Made by a program: the position numbers and the translations under genes | From: Candidatus Dojkabacteria bacterium | Lineage (GTDB): Bacteria > Patescibacteriota > Dojkabacteria > J137 | Assembly: GCA_040006935.1 (NCBI GenBank) | Contig: JBDTVZ010000002.1 | Location: 144,174-208,173, forward strand | Direction: 5' to 3' | Length of the DNA: 64,000 nt | In this document: one piece after another, positions 49,367 to 58,590 of the stretch | Numbering within the stretch: position 1 is the stretch's first letter | Layout: the number at the start of each line of letters is the position of its first letter | The notes under the pieces: model-generated | What the model saw: only the letters and a program-made list of their open reading frames with translations | Told to the model about the DNA's origin: nothing | Database searches by the model: none

Positions 49367-49871
49367 CTTCCACTTATCCTTAACCTCCCACTTTCTCTTA
49401 TACTACTGATTCCATCGATCTCATTAACCCTGATAACATTTTGGAAATCGTTGTCAAATCATTATAGACATTCTCGTAAGTTTCTTCAGAAATATGATTT
49501 TCTAATTTCAGTAATCTCATTATGGCAACAGTTTCTTGAGTCGAACCTCTAGCAATATTGTAGAAATTCCTCTTATCTTTTTTACTCATTTTCCCTGCTC
49601 CCTCTGCTATGTTTAAAATTATACTTGTAGCAGATCTAAATAATTGATCTCTGAGATTTGAATTTATTTCTTTATTTTTGAATGAATCTTTAAGTTGTTT
49701 ATATATGTCTTCAGATTTCAAGTAAACTGGGAAATTTTCAAATGCAAACATACGATAGATTTTAAATATTAAAACTGAATCTTATCCTAATCTGTAGAAT
49801 ATTGCATTGTGCTGCAATACAAAATAGAGAAGAATAATTAGTAGGAGCGGAAGATTAAGGATAAGTGGAAG
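49367..49871 (-). mobile_element. putative IVS-like unit: four-helix-bundle gene enclosed by a 26-bp hexamer-periodic inverted repeat
   Basis: 49367-49392 versus the reverse complement of 49846-49871: 23/26 identical, 17 contiguous. Mobility is inferred, not shown. Confidence 0.55.
49398..49751 (-). CDS. four helix bundle protein (23S rRNA IVS protein / Avd-like family)
   Basis: F.FENFPVY, LRDQLFRSATSIILNIAEG, FYNIARGS..E and ISKMLSGL. Confidence 0.93.
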   Translation of the reverse strand: MFAFENFPVYLKSEDIYKQLKDSFKNKEINSNLRDQLFRSATSIILNIAEGAGKMSKKDKRNFYNIARGSTQETVAIMRLLKLENHISEETYENVYNDLTTISKMLSGLMRSMESVV

Positions 49872-49877
49872 ATTTTA

Positions 49878-49894
49878 ATGCCAGCGAATGGACT
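49878..49894 (-). repeat. direct repeat of the tRNA-Leu 3' end
   Basis: atgccagcgaatggact versus atgccagcgaagggact (49963-49979), 16/17 identical. Confidence 0.8.
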
Positions 49895-49963
49895 TCCAGC
49901 ACAATTCACTTCGTTCATTTGCGGGATAAACTTCTCGTCCCTGTATTTTTTGTATTAAGTTTA

Positions 49964-50045
49964 TGCCAGCGAAGGGACTCGAACCCATACCTCTTGCGAG
50001 ACTAGTTCCTAAGACTAGCGCGTATACCAATTCCGCCACGCTGGC
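49964..50045 (-). tRNA. tRNA-Leu(TAG), CCA not encoded
   Basis: GCCAGCG/CGCTGGC acceptor stem, D loop GGAATTGGTATAC, anticodon arm CTAGT-CTTAGGA-ACTAG, long variable arm, GGTTCGAGTCC and discriminator A. Confidence 0.95.
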
Positions 50046-50195
50046 AATTTAATTAAAAGACGATTAATTAAAAATTAAAAGCTTTTAACGTTCGTGAATT
50101 ATATCATCCTGAACATTCAAAAAGAAGTCCCTATTTAAGAATTACTTTAATGACTTAATTACTTGTTAACTCAAAATTTAATCCAGGCTGTGTTA

Positions 50196-50270
50196 CCTGC
50201 CTGCTGCGCACGCAGGCATGGCAGCCTCTTACGGGATGCCACGCCTCACTACGTTCGGCTCGCAATGACA
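50196..50270. repeat. cctgcc..gcatgg element plus right half of an RPE-like element
   Basis: cctgcctgctgcgcacgcaggcatgg (50196-50221) and gggatgccacgcctcactacgttcggctcgcaatgaca. Confidence 0.75.
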
Positions 50271-50309
50271 ATGACGATTCTGGGATTCTTCTTTTAATTA
50301 TTAATTCTT

Positions 50310-50329
50310 AACCTGCCTGCAGGCAGGTT
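50310..50329. repeat. perfect 20-bp palindrome aacctgcctgcaggcaggtt
   Basis: Self-complementary; lies in a ttcttaa/ttattaa heptamer array. Confidence 0.85.
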
Positions 50330-50338
50330 CTTAATTGA

Positions 50339-52336
50339 TCAGAATCCTCCGGACGAACCTCCGCCTCCGCCTCCGCCGCTAAATCCACCAAAAGATCCGC
50401 CACCTCCACTCCATCCTCCTCCTCTTGTTCCACTTGAAGATGCAGGAGCCATATTTGTTATTGTGGAATTCGAGAAATCTCTTACTAAACTACTTACCCA
50501 GAAGGCATCCCAAACTCCTGGATTCGAACCTTCGTACCAATCTGGAACTTTGTTATAAATATCCTTAAACTTTTCTGCCCACTGTTTTTCTATTCCAAAT
50601 ACTACAGCGTAAGATAAATACTTTTCAAAATCTTCAGGTTCTAAGTTTTGAAGTGTGTATCTTTCGGCAGTATTTAAATACATTCTAAAACCAAGAATAT
50701 CTGCGTAAACTTTTGATCCTTTTTCGGTCTTAGCTGGCATATACTTAGAAGCCACAATGAATCCGAATCCTAATGTAATCAATCCTAATAGTGGCGTGCA
50801 TAGAACAAGATAACCGAGGAAAGTTGTACCAAAAGTACTAAAGAAGCAAGAGCTAATAATTCCCAAAATAAATAGAACGGTGCCACATCCTACGTAATTA
50901 TTCCTTATACTTTCAGGGGATTTAGTAAAGAATCCTTTATCTACAACTTCTTTATAAATTGCGATTTTTAAAAGCATGAATTTTAAATAGAAGTAATTTC
51001 GCATTTCTGTTGTTTTTACAACATCTGAATTTCTAAATACTGAAGTCATGATTTGCTCTTCCATTGAAGATAATCCAGGGTCGCCTTTTTTCCCTTCTAG
51101 CCTGGTGAGTTCGTAAACCTTTCCTTTTTTAATTTCTTTTATTTTAATATAGCCTCGATACGCAAGGTCTATAATACTTCCAACGATATCTTCTTTATCT
51201 ACAGTTTCATCTTTTATAGTTCCAAGTAGATAAGGTGGAACATCTACTGGTGGTTTAAATAACGGAATAATGGTTTTTTGCATATTTTTATCTACACCTT
51301 TTCTTCTATAATGAATCACAACGTAGATTACTGCCGCTGGAACAAAGAATATTCCTAAGCAAGTTAATAATGTATTTAATAAAAGTAAAAAGCTCATCCA
51401 AACCTCTGTTTCTAAATTAATATCTAAAGTTTTAACTTCACCAGGTTGTAGAGTCCCTTTGAAAATATAGTCTTTATACCCAGTATGTGTGAACTTAATC
51501 TCAACATCTCCGGCTGGAATATTATCTATGCTGCCACTTGACTCCTCGCTGATATCGATACCGTTTATAAACACACTATTTCCAAATGGAGGGTTTTGAA
51601 TTGCATAATTTAAAGTTGCAGGCTTTGTAATTTCATCTGGTTGAAATTTGTACGAGACTGTTAAAGCTCCAGTTGAGCCTAGGTTTCGCATTGAGAGCGT
51701 TACTTTATTACCTATTGCAGTAACGTTTGGATCTTTTCCATAATCATCGTATATTTGAAAGTTTTGAGATTTATAATTTGTGCCAGATGGGAAATTAATA
51801 TTAACAGTTGCCTTGTTTACAGAGCCATTCATCTCATCTGGGATTACATTCCAGTAAAACATTGGGTTTTCCCCAAACCATTTTAGTCCACCATAAATTT
51901 TATACTCGATGCTCCACTTAACTCTTTCGCCCGAAAATTCCTGACCATTAGGGAATAGCGTACGCTCTATTCGATAGAACTCATCTCCCGAATCCTCGTC
52001 TTGGTAGGTTGATGTTGTAAAGTCTGAGGGGTCTACTTTTTTATCATTTTCATCGTAAACTGCAAGCAACTCTAATCTGTCAAAACCACCACAGGTAACA
52101 TCAGTCCTTGAAGAACAACTATTGTTGAATGTTTTTATATCTCTTCTAACCCCGTGGACTTCTCCATAAAAAGAATACACAAAAGTCTCTTTTACAGTAA
52201 AAGTGGAGTCTTTATTTATATTAATATCCACATCGTAGCTTGGATATGTAAAAGTTGGAGCTGCTGAAACAGTTTTAAAGGTTGAAAGCGAAATTATGAA
52301 AAATATGGCGGAAAATATAACTATAAATTTCTTCAT
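50339..52336 (-). CDS. DUF2207-type membrane protein
   Basis: Signal peptide, FTVKET..Y, FYWNVI, IIDLAYRGYIKI, FEKYLSYAVVFG...WA and a Gly-rich C-terminus. Confidence 0.88.
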   Translation of the reverse strand: MKKFIVIFSAIFFIISLSTFKTVSAAPTFTYPSYDVDININKDSTFTVKETFVYSFYGEVHGVRRDIKTFNNSCSSRTDVTCGGFDRLELLAVYDENDKKVDPSDFTTSTYQDEDSGDEFYRIERTLFPNGQEFSGERVKWSIEYKIYGGLKWFGENPMFYWNVIPDEMNGSVNKATVNINFPSGTNYKSQNFQIYDDYGKDPNVTAIGNKVTLSMRNLGSTGALTVSYKFQPDEITKPATLNYAIQNPPFGNSVFINGIDISEESSGSIDNIPAGDVEIKFTHTGYKDYIFKGTLQPGEVKTLDINLETEVWMSFLLLLNTLLTCLGIFFVPAAVIYVVIHYRRKGVDKNMQKTIIPLFKPPVDVPPYLLGTIKDETVDKEDIVGSIIDLAYRGYIKIKEIKKGKVYELTRLEGKKGDPGLSSMEEQIMTSVFRNSDVVKTTEMRNYFYLKFMLLKIAIYKEVVDKGFFTKSPESIRNNYVGCGTVLFILGIISSCFFSTFGTTFLGYLVLCTPLLGLITLGFGFIVASKYMPAKTEKGSKVYADILGFRMYLNTAERYTLQNLEPEDFEKYLSYAVVFGIEKQWAEKFKDIYNKVPDWYEGSNPGVWDAFWVSSLVRDFSNSTITNMAPASSSGTRGGGWSGGGGSFGGFSGGGGGGGSSGGF

Positions 52337-52474
52337 TGTTTGATTAATAATCGCTTAATTATATTCTAAATATTAAACTTCGGCTAGTTAGTAATAGAAT
52401 TGAATAATCTCCAAGCGCTGGCGTCAAATCCCATTTTAGTGTATAATTAGCATATTAATTATTTAATATAACCT

Positions 52475-53005
52475 ATGTCAGACAAGGAAAAAGAGACTCC
52501 AATAGTCCAAGTTATTCACCAAGATAACACATTTAAAACTGTATTTATAGTACTAGCTACGTTAGCAATTTTATTTGTTTGTTGCATTTGCTCTTGCTTA
52601 GGACTTACTCTTGCTGCAAGCTATTCAACTTCATACCGACTATCTAATCAATTACCTTCAGATACAACTTATAAAGTAGAAAAAACTAGCTTCCTTATAG
52701 ATTTAAAGAAAGTTACTGTGGATGAAACTAAGTATGACTTAACTTTAAATGTAAAGAACACGGGAAAAACGGGTTCAGTGTTTAGTACTGCTAACTTGAA
52801 TCTATTGCTAGATAACAATACTCCTGTATACAATGACTATTTTGCATCCCTTGCTTTACCTGACACCTTAAATCAATATATTGCACCTGGAGCTACTATT
52901 ACAGGGAAAGTGTCATTTGATATAAGAAATCAGGTTGCTACAAAGATTGATCTTCAAGTAAAGGATAGTTCTTATAAAGTTACGCAAACTATCAAAATTA
53001 AGTAA
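52475..53005 (+). CDS. membrane-anchored Ig-like protein (DUF4352-like)
   Basis: Cys-rich TM, LNVKNTGK and IAPGATITGKVSFDI. Confidence 0.7.
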   Translation: MSDKEKETPIVQVIHQDNTFKTVFIVLATLAILFVCCICSCLGLTLAASYSTSYRLSNQLPSDTTYKVEKTSFLIDLKKVTVDETKYDLTLNVKNTGKTGSVFSTANLNLLLDNNTPVYNDYFASLALPDTLNQYIAPGATITGKVSFDIRNQVATKIDLQVKDSSYKVTQTIKIK

Positions 53006-53022
53006 GATTACTTTGATTTGTT

Positions 53023-53067
53023 AAAGTAGAAAACGAGGATTATAATCCTCGTCTTCTACTTTTTTTT
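53023..53067 (+). terminator. intrinsic terminator
   Basis: aaagtagaaaacgaggat / atcctcgtcttctacttt IR followed by a T run. Confidence 0.8.
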
Positions 53068-53119
53068 ATTGTGTAAAGTTTGAATTGAAAATATAATCCT
53101 TAGTTTAAGCTTTATTATT

Positions 53120-53968
53120 ATAGAAATTCAACCTGAATTAGAATTTAAAAAACATACGACGTTTTACAAGGATTTTAAAATCCAGGTTTATGAGTTTGGA
53201 ACAGGAAATGATGTGATATTTGCTTTTCCTTCTTCCCCTCATTCCGGATTGTATTTTCTTCGGATATTAAATCATTATGATTTAAGTAAGATTAAATTCA
53301 TTACTTTTGATTTACCAGGTTGGGCAGGATATTCTGAGAATATTTTTCAGACTGGAGATTTTGATATTGACGAGTATGTTGATATCGCAAAGAAGATATT
53401 AATAGAACATAAAATAAAGGACTTCTCTGTTATGGGCTATTCCTTTGGAGGATCACTAGCATTAAAATTAGCCTCTGAAGCAAACTGCAATGTAAAAAAG
53501 ATAGCCTTAATTTCAACTATAATTCATCCTAAATTTTTACAAAAACATAGATTATCTGGAATTGTGAAAGTTATTAATTTTACTAAAAGCTATTTTTTAC
53601 TAAAGTTGGCTGCAGTAAAAATGACCCAACATATAATAAAAGGCCTTAGCGATAGTAAAGAAGCTTCGAAAGAATTTTTGGAGATTTATTTAGATATGGT
53701 TAAAAATATTAATTCCAGGGTTGCTTCCAAAGCAATTTATAAATTTTTTAAATCTGATTACTCAAATTATTTAAATGACATCAAAGACAAAAAGATATTG
53801 ATAATCAATTCCAAAGATGAATATAAAATATTTAGAGAACAAGCTGATTATTTAAGAAGGACTTTAGTGAATAAAACCTCTATAATTACCAGTGGTTCCC
53901 ACGACGATTTTATATTAAAACCCAAGAAAGAAGTTGTTAATAAAATAATAGATTTTCTTATTAAATAA
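53120..53968 (+). CDS. alpha/beta hydrolase (start uncertain; frame open upstream of GTG 53213)
   Basis: FDLPGWAGYS, nucleophile elbow GYSFGG, and a C-terminal SH. Confidence 0.8.
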   Translation: MEIQPELEFKKHTTFYKDFKIQVYEFGTGNDVIFAFPSSPHSGLYFLRILNHYDLSKIKFITFDLPGWAGYSENIFQTGDFDIDEYVDIAKKILIEHKIKDFSVMGYSFGGSLALKLASEANCNVKKIALISTIIHPKFLQKHRLSGIVKVINFTKSYFLLKLAAVKMTQHIIKGLSDSKEASKEFLEIYLDMVKNINSRVASKAIYKFFKSDYSNYLNDIKDKKILIINSKDEYKIFREQADYLRRTLVNKTSIITSGSHDDFILKPKKEVVNKIIDFLIK

Positions 53969-53973
53969 TACTC

Positions 53974-54684
53974 ATGACTCAAATCGAATACCAAGACCTT
54001 TATAAAACTATAAATAAAAATTGGAATGACTCAGTTTCTATTTATAAATCAATCGTTTCTAAATTAGTGACGAGCGAGACTGTAATTATGGAAGCTGGAT
54101 GCGGGTTTTCGAACTTATATACAGAAGAATATAAAAGAGCAAAACACGTGATTGGAGTGGATATTTCTGATGAGTATTTAAAAATGAACGATCTTATAAA
54201 AGAGAAAATTGTATCAGACCTCTCTTCTATTCCAATGATTAAAGATAATAGTGTTGATTTAATAATTTCGTCTTGGGTATTTGAACATTTAGAAACTCCA
54301 GAAAATGTTATTAAAGAATTTGGAAGAGTTTTAAAACCAGGAGGTCGAGTTGTTTTCTTAACTCCTAATGCTTTAAATTACGTTGTAGTCATTAACAAGA
54401 TAATTCCACACTGGTTTAGAGTTTGGGTTGCAACAAAACTTGGAGGTAAATTAACAGTCGAACCAATGAAGACTTTTTATAGAGGAAACACTCTTGGAAC
54501 ATTAAATAGGATGGCAAAAAATGCAGGGTTAAATTCTGATGAAACTATTCTAAACGGCGATCCGACTTATGTTGCTATTAATAGATTCTTTTTCTATATT
54601 GGAGTTTTTATTGAGGCAATAATTTCATTACCATTGCTGAATAAAACACGAGTTCATATAATTGGAGTTTTGAGGAAAGATTAG
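53974..54684 (+). CDS. class I SAM-dependent methyltransferase
   Basis: MEAGCG, GVDIS, DLIISSWVFEHL and RVLKPGG. Confidence 0.92.
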   Translation: MTQIEYQDLYKTINKNWNDSVSIYKSIVSKLVTSETVIMEAGCGFSNLYTEEYKRAKHVIGVDISDEYLKMNDLIKEKIVSDLSSIPMIKDNSVDLIISSWVFEHLETPENVIKEFGRVLKPGGRVVFLTPNALNYVVVINKIIPHWFRVWVATKLGGKLTVEPMKTFYRGNTLGTLNRMAKNAGLNSDETILNGDPTYVAINRFFFYIGVFIEAIISLPLLNKTRVHIIGVLRKD

Positions 54685-54750
54685 AACGAACTTACGTGTG
54701 GCAGGGTATTACTTGCGAATTTCTAATGGGCAGTTGAAATATGTGGTTGA

Positions 54751-54803
54751 GAGATCCCTCGACGGAGTTTATACAGAGCAAGGTCGAAGTGCTCGGGATG
54801 ACA
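54751..54803. repeat. RPE/REP-like half element with nested insert
   Basis: gagatccctcgac..agtttatacagagcaaggtcgaagtg..ctcgggatgaca, between convergent genes. Confidence 0.6.
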
Positions 54804-54813
54804 CAAATGAAAC

Positions 54814-55176
54814 TTATGAATCTAAATCCACTGTTTGAGAAACTAATTTGATTTCATTAAGTTGCTTTCTGATCTCACGAAGTGCTACTTCTACTGCCCT
54901 AAGTCTTGAAGCAACTTTATATTCTCTTGGATCTGCACCTAGAAAATATGAAATTGGTTTTTTAAACAAATCTGCAAGTTGCATTAGTTTATCAATTGGA
55001 GGTGCAATTCTTCCGGATTCATAGCCAGAAATAGTTTTATCAGAAACTCCTAAGGAAACTCCAACTTGAAGTTGTGAAATTCTAGCTTCAACTCTTGCAA
55101 GTTTAATTCTCTTACCAAGTTCTAACATTAAATCAGCTCTCTTTTTATTATCCTCAGCAAATACATCGTTGTACAT
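54814..55176 (-). CDS. XRE/Cro family HTH transcriptional regulator
   Basis: RIKLAR...ISQ..V...LGVSDKTISGYESG...P; C-terminal coiled coil. Confidence 0.92.
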   Translation of the reverse strand: MYNDVFAEDNKKRADLMLELGKRIKLARVEARISQLQVGVSLGVSDKTISGYESGRIAPPIDKLMQLADLFKKPISYFLGADPREYKVASRLRAVEVALREIRKQLNEIKLVSQTVDLDS

Positions 55177-55253
55177 TCATATCTACTTAAAATATAGTCT
55201 AGTGATTTTACTTGATCGAATGCTACAATACAACATACAAATTATAGAAATTT

Positions 55254-56072
55254 ATGAAGTTTGAGATTAATAAAATTGTAGAAGATGAGTTTGGAAGACC
55301 AAATGGAATTTTGATACTGGACAAACCAGTAGGTATAACTTCCCATGATCTTGTATACGAAACGAGGAAGAAATATGGAACTAAAAAAGTTGGTCATGCT
55401 GGAACTTTAGATCCATTTGCCTCAGGCCAAATGATTGTTCTTTTAGGTAAAGCTACAAAACTTTCTGATAGTTTTTTGGGATTAGATAAAGAGTACGAAG
55501 CTGATATTGCATTCGGAGTTTCAACAACAACAGGAGATCCAGAAGGAGAAATAAAAGAATTGCGAATGACAAATGAGGAATTACAAATAAATTTGAAAAA
55601 ACTAATTAAAGAATTCCCGAAAGAGTATCTACAGTATGTTCCTATTTATAGTTCTGTAAAAATAAAAGGAGAAAAGTTAAGAGAGCTTGCTCGTGGAACC
55701 GATAGATTTGAAATTACAGATGCTGATAACGGTGAAGATTTAAGCAAGAAATCTATTAAGTTTTATAAAAATGATAATTTAGTATTTGAATCGAAATTAC
55801 CTGCAAAGATAGTGAAGATTTATGAACTTGAGATTCTAGACTTCTCTGTTAAGAAACTAGAAGAATATAAAAATACTATTTCGAAAGACTTGTTCGAAGT
55901 ACTAAAACAAAAAGATATTTCAGAATTACCGATAGCGAAAATTCGAGTAAAATGTTCTAAAGGCACTTATATAAGACAACTAGCTGAGGATATTGGAGTA
56001 ATGTTAGATACTCCAGCTTTTTTAGTAGCACTTCGGAGAACCAAAATTTTCATTACAGACCAAACTCTCTAA
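55254..56072 (+). CDS. truB: tRNA pseudouridine(55) synthase
   Basis: LDKPVGITSHD, KVGHAGTLDPFASG, CSKGTYIRQLAEDIG and LRRT. No PUA tail. Confidence 0.93.
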   Translation: MKFEINKIVEDEFGRPNGILILDKPVGITSHDLVYETRKKYGTKKVGHAGTLDPFASGQMIVLLGKATKLSDSFLGLDKEYEADIAFGVSTTTGDPEGEIKELRMTNEELQINLKKLIKEFPKEYLQYVPIYSSVKIKGEKLRELARGTDRFEITDADNGEDLSKKSIKFYKNDNLVFESKLPAKIVKIYELEILDFSVKKLEEYKNTISKDLFEVLKQKDISELPIAKIRVKCSKGTYIRQLAEDIGVMLDTPAFLVALRRTKIFITDQTL

Positions 56073-58590
56073 CAGAATAAGTCCTATTAGCTAAATCATC
56101 ACCAAAGCTCAATCGATATCTAGGATCAAAGTTAAAGAAAGTTGCAGGTTGTAAATTATTTCCATCTAAATCAATATCTCTTTTTATTGTAGTAAGCCCT
56201 GCATTCATGGTATTGCGCGCAACAACTCCACCATTTATGTATAAACCGTCCCATTTTCTACCTACACCAAGATTATCTACAGGAACGTTAAATGTTCCAT
56301 CAGTTATAATAAATGCATTAACAATATCGTATTGAGCAAGTGTTGTGGAATTAGTTGCTAAAACTGGTGTTTTAGCCGTACCAGTATTTATAGTCACATT
56401 CCCTTTTACAATAAATAAACATCCATTGTAAGTTTGATTTGTTGGAACAGGTGCAACAGGTGCAGCTCCAATTGTTAGGTCAGGATTGATTACAAGGTTA
56501 CCTTGGACAAATATTATCGCTCTCGAAGTACAGACACTATTTGCATTAATTGTGAGGTCCCCGGTTATTATTCCACCAGCTTTAGCATTAGCGGAAGAAC
56601 CTATTCCTACTGCAACATCTCCAGCTATAGTTTTATTACCAGCAAAAGTTACTAATGTTGTTTTTCCATTTTTAGTAATCTTATCGAGAAGATAATCATA
56701 CCAAAGTCCATTTGTAACTCCAGTTGCATTTACCGCATCATCTGCATAGTTTTGTAAAATTTCACTATATTTTGATACAGTTCCTTTCGCATTATTGGCA
56801 GTTCCACTAATCGCTCCATACTGGGAGAAGTAGGATTGACCTGTAGTTGAAGTAAACGGAATTGTGAAGCTAGGAATATTTGGAACTTTTGTTCTATCTA
56901 TTCCACCTACTCCAGAGATGTTCCCACCGACTCCTAGAATCCAAGGACTTGGTAAAAGCGAATTTACGTTTGTTTGAGATATATTACATCCTTTATCTTT
57001 TGCATATAATTTATATGTATACGTCGCAAAATTACCAGGTGATAAATCTTTATAATTTTTAGTTCCCAAATTTGCAGCAGTTACTCCACCATTAGGAATA
57101 TCTGCAGGGTAGTTTTGCACAGTTCCGGGAGTTGTAATTGTTAGAGCGTCAGTGTTATCTCTGATTTGTGAACCTGCTACATCTGAGTAGACATAGGAAA
57201 ATACTCCATTCAAACCTATTGCATCCGTTGCACTCCAGGTTACATTAATAGATCCATCTGGTTGAAAGCTTGGACTTGATAATGTAGCAGTTGGAGCGGT
57301 TAAATCCACTCCCCATGTTCCTGATTTATGCATAACATATTGAGAAGTTGCTGTTGCATCATTACTAGGTAAATTACCTGGCGGTGTTGGGGAACCTGGT
57401 ATTCGAGGTATTGCCATTGTGTATACATTGTAAGTCCCATCTGGAAAACCTGTATCAAATCTCATTCTAAAAGTTGCTGTAGTTTGATTTCCTACAATAG
57501 TCATGTGTGTTCCAGAACCTAAATCCATTAAGGTACTTTTATAAGCTGTTAATCCTGTAGAACCCGAATTTCCTGCGGTTGCTTGTACCCAAGACGAAGT
57601 ACCAAAGTTATACCATTGGTACGGAGCATATGTTGATGCTGTAGCAGATTGATTAATAGCAAAGATTGATGTTGAAGCACCTAATGATTTCGCAATCGCT
57701 GTTGGGAAATCTACTGTGTTTGCCGTAACTGCATAAGTCCCAGTTGTTGGTAGTAAGACTACAACAGTCCAGTCTAGTGTATTTGCTGGATCAGAATTTT
57801 GATAAGTTGCTGACCAATCGATTGGATTACTAGTTCCCGCTGTTGAAGAATTCCCAGAAGTACTATTCCCACATACATCTGCAGAGGCTATGCCTGATGA
57901 AACAAATGTAGGAGGAAGGCTTGTGGTAAATTCTCTAACCGCAGAATAGCTAGCTAAACTCCCATTCCATTCTTGTACAAACCAACAATATGTTGTTCCC
58001 CAAGCTAATTCTGTATTTAATGAAAAAGTTGTTGTTGCAGGAACAAGTGCAGGGTAAGACCAAACATTTGTACCCGTAATACAATCTCCAATCTTTTGTC
58101 TATAAATTACTCTGTCCTGGTTTGTTTGAGGACAACCTATACCAAAAGCACCATTAGTCCAGGTAAACGTGACCGGCTTACCTAAATTTGTTGCCAAATT
58201 TGCAGGTGAAATAGAAACAGGTGAACCTGGTGTTGTCGGTACACAAGCAGGTGGCGGTGCAGGTGGTGGTGCGGGCGGCGGCCCAGGTGGTGCAGGCGGT
58301 GGTGCGGGTGGCGGTGCTACAGGACAACTACCTGAACAAATATACGATCCATTTGAACATAGTGTTGCTGCCCTACAACCTCCAGGAACACAAGGATTAG
58401 TACTCGTTATTGTTTGGCACTGACTTGCAGAACAATCTCCTTGGCAACACCAACCTCCAGACGAACAACCATTAACGTTAGGTGTACATGAATAACATAA
58501 ATCTGCATAAACATGCTTTACTGTAATAGGTGTAACAAAGGCTAATGAAACTAATACGAGTGAAATTGTAAATACAATAAATTTTTTCAT
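56053..58590 (-). CDS. secreted multidomain surface protein (Cys-rich N-terminus, poly-Pro linker, Fn3/Ig-like and CPR-type C-terminal domains)
   Basis: Signal peptide, APPP repeats, L.WGTTYCWFV, DLTAPTATL and GLYINGGVVA..PATFFNFDPRY. Confidence 0.75.
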   Translation of the reverse strand: MKKFIVFTISLVLVSLAFVTPITVKHVYADLCYSCTPNVNGCSSGGWCCQGDCSASQCQTITSTNPCVPGGCRAATLCSNGSYICSGSCPVAPPPAPPPAPPGPPPAPPPAPPPACVPTTPGSPVSISPANLATNLGKPVTFTWTNGAFGIGCPQTNQDRVIYRQKIGDCITGTNVWSYPALVPATTTFSLNTELAWGTTYCWFVQEWNGSLASYSAVREFTTSLPPTFVSSGIASADVCGNSTSGNSSTAGTSNPIDWSATYQNSDPANTLDWTVVVLLPTTGTYAVTANTVDFPTAIAKSLGASTSIFAINQSATASTYAPYQWYNFGTSSWVQATAGNSGSTGLTAYKSTLMDLGSGTHMTIVGNQTTATFRMRFDTGFPDGTYNVYTMAIPRIPGSPTPPGNLPSNDATATSQYVMHKSGTWGVDLTAPTATLSSPSFQPDGSINVTWSATDAIGLNGVFSYVYSDVAGSQIRDNTDALTITTPGTVQNYPADIPNGGVTAANLGTKNYKDLSPGNFATYTYKLYAKDKGCNISQTNVNSLLPSPWILGVGGNISGVGGIDRTKVPNIPSFTIPFTSTTGQSYFSQYGAISGTANNAKGTVSKYSEILQNYADDAVNATGVTNGLWYDYLLDKITKNGKTTLVTFAGNKTIAGDVAVGIGSSANAKAGGIITGDLTINANSVCTSRAIIFVQGNLVINPDLTIGAAPVAPVPTNQTYNGCLFIVKGNVTINTGTAKTPVLATNSTTLAQYDIVNAFIITDGTFNVPVDNLGVGRKWDGLYINGGVVARNTMNAGLTTIKRDIDLDGNNLQPATFFNFDPRYRLSFGDDLANRTYSVREFGL

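Noticed and set aside
49355-49552. 65-aa plus-strand ORF MILPLPLILNLPLSL
   Set aside because: It is the translation of the hexamer repeat arm and is antisense to the four-helix-bundle gene.
49398-49751. Diversity-generating retroelement (Avd-like gene near variable adhesins)
   Set aside because: No reverse transcriptase and no TR/VR pair differing only at adenines was seen in the window.
50339-50425. GC-rich ccgcct repeats
   Set aside because: They encode the ordinary Gly-rich tail of DUF2207-type proteins.
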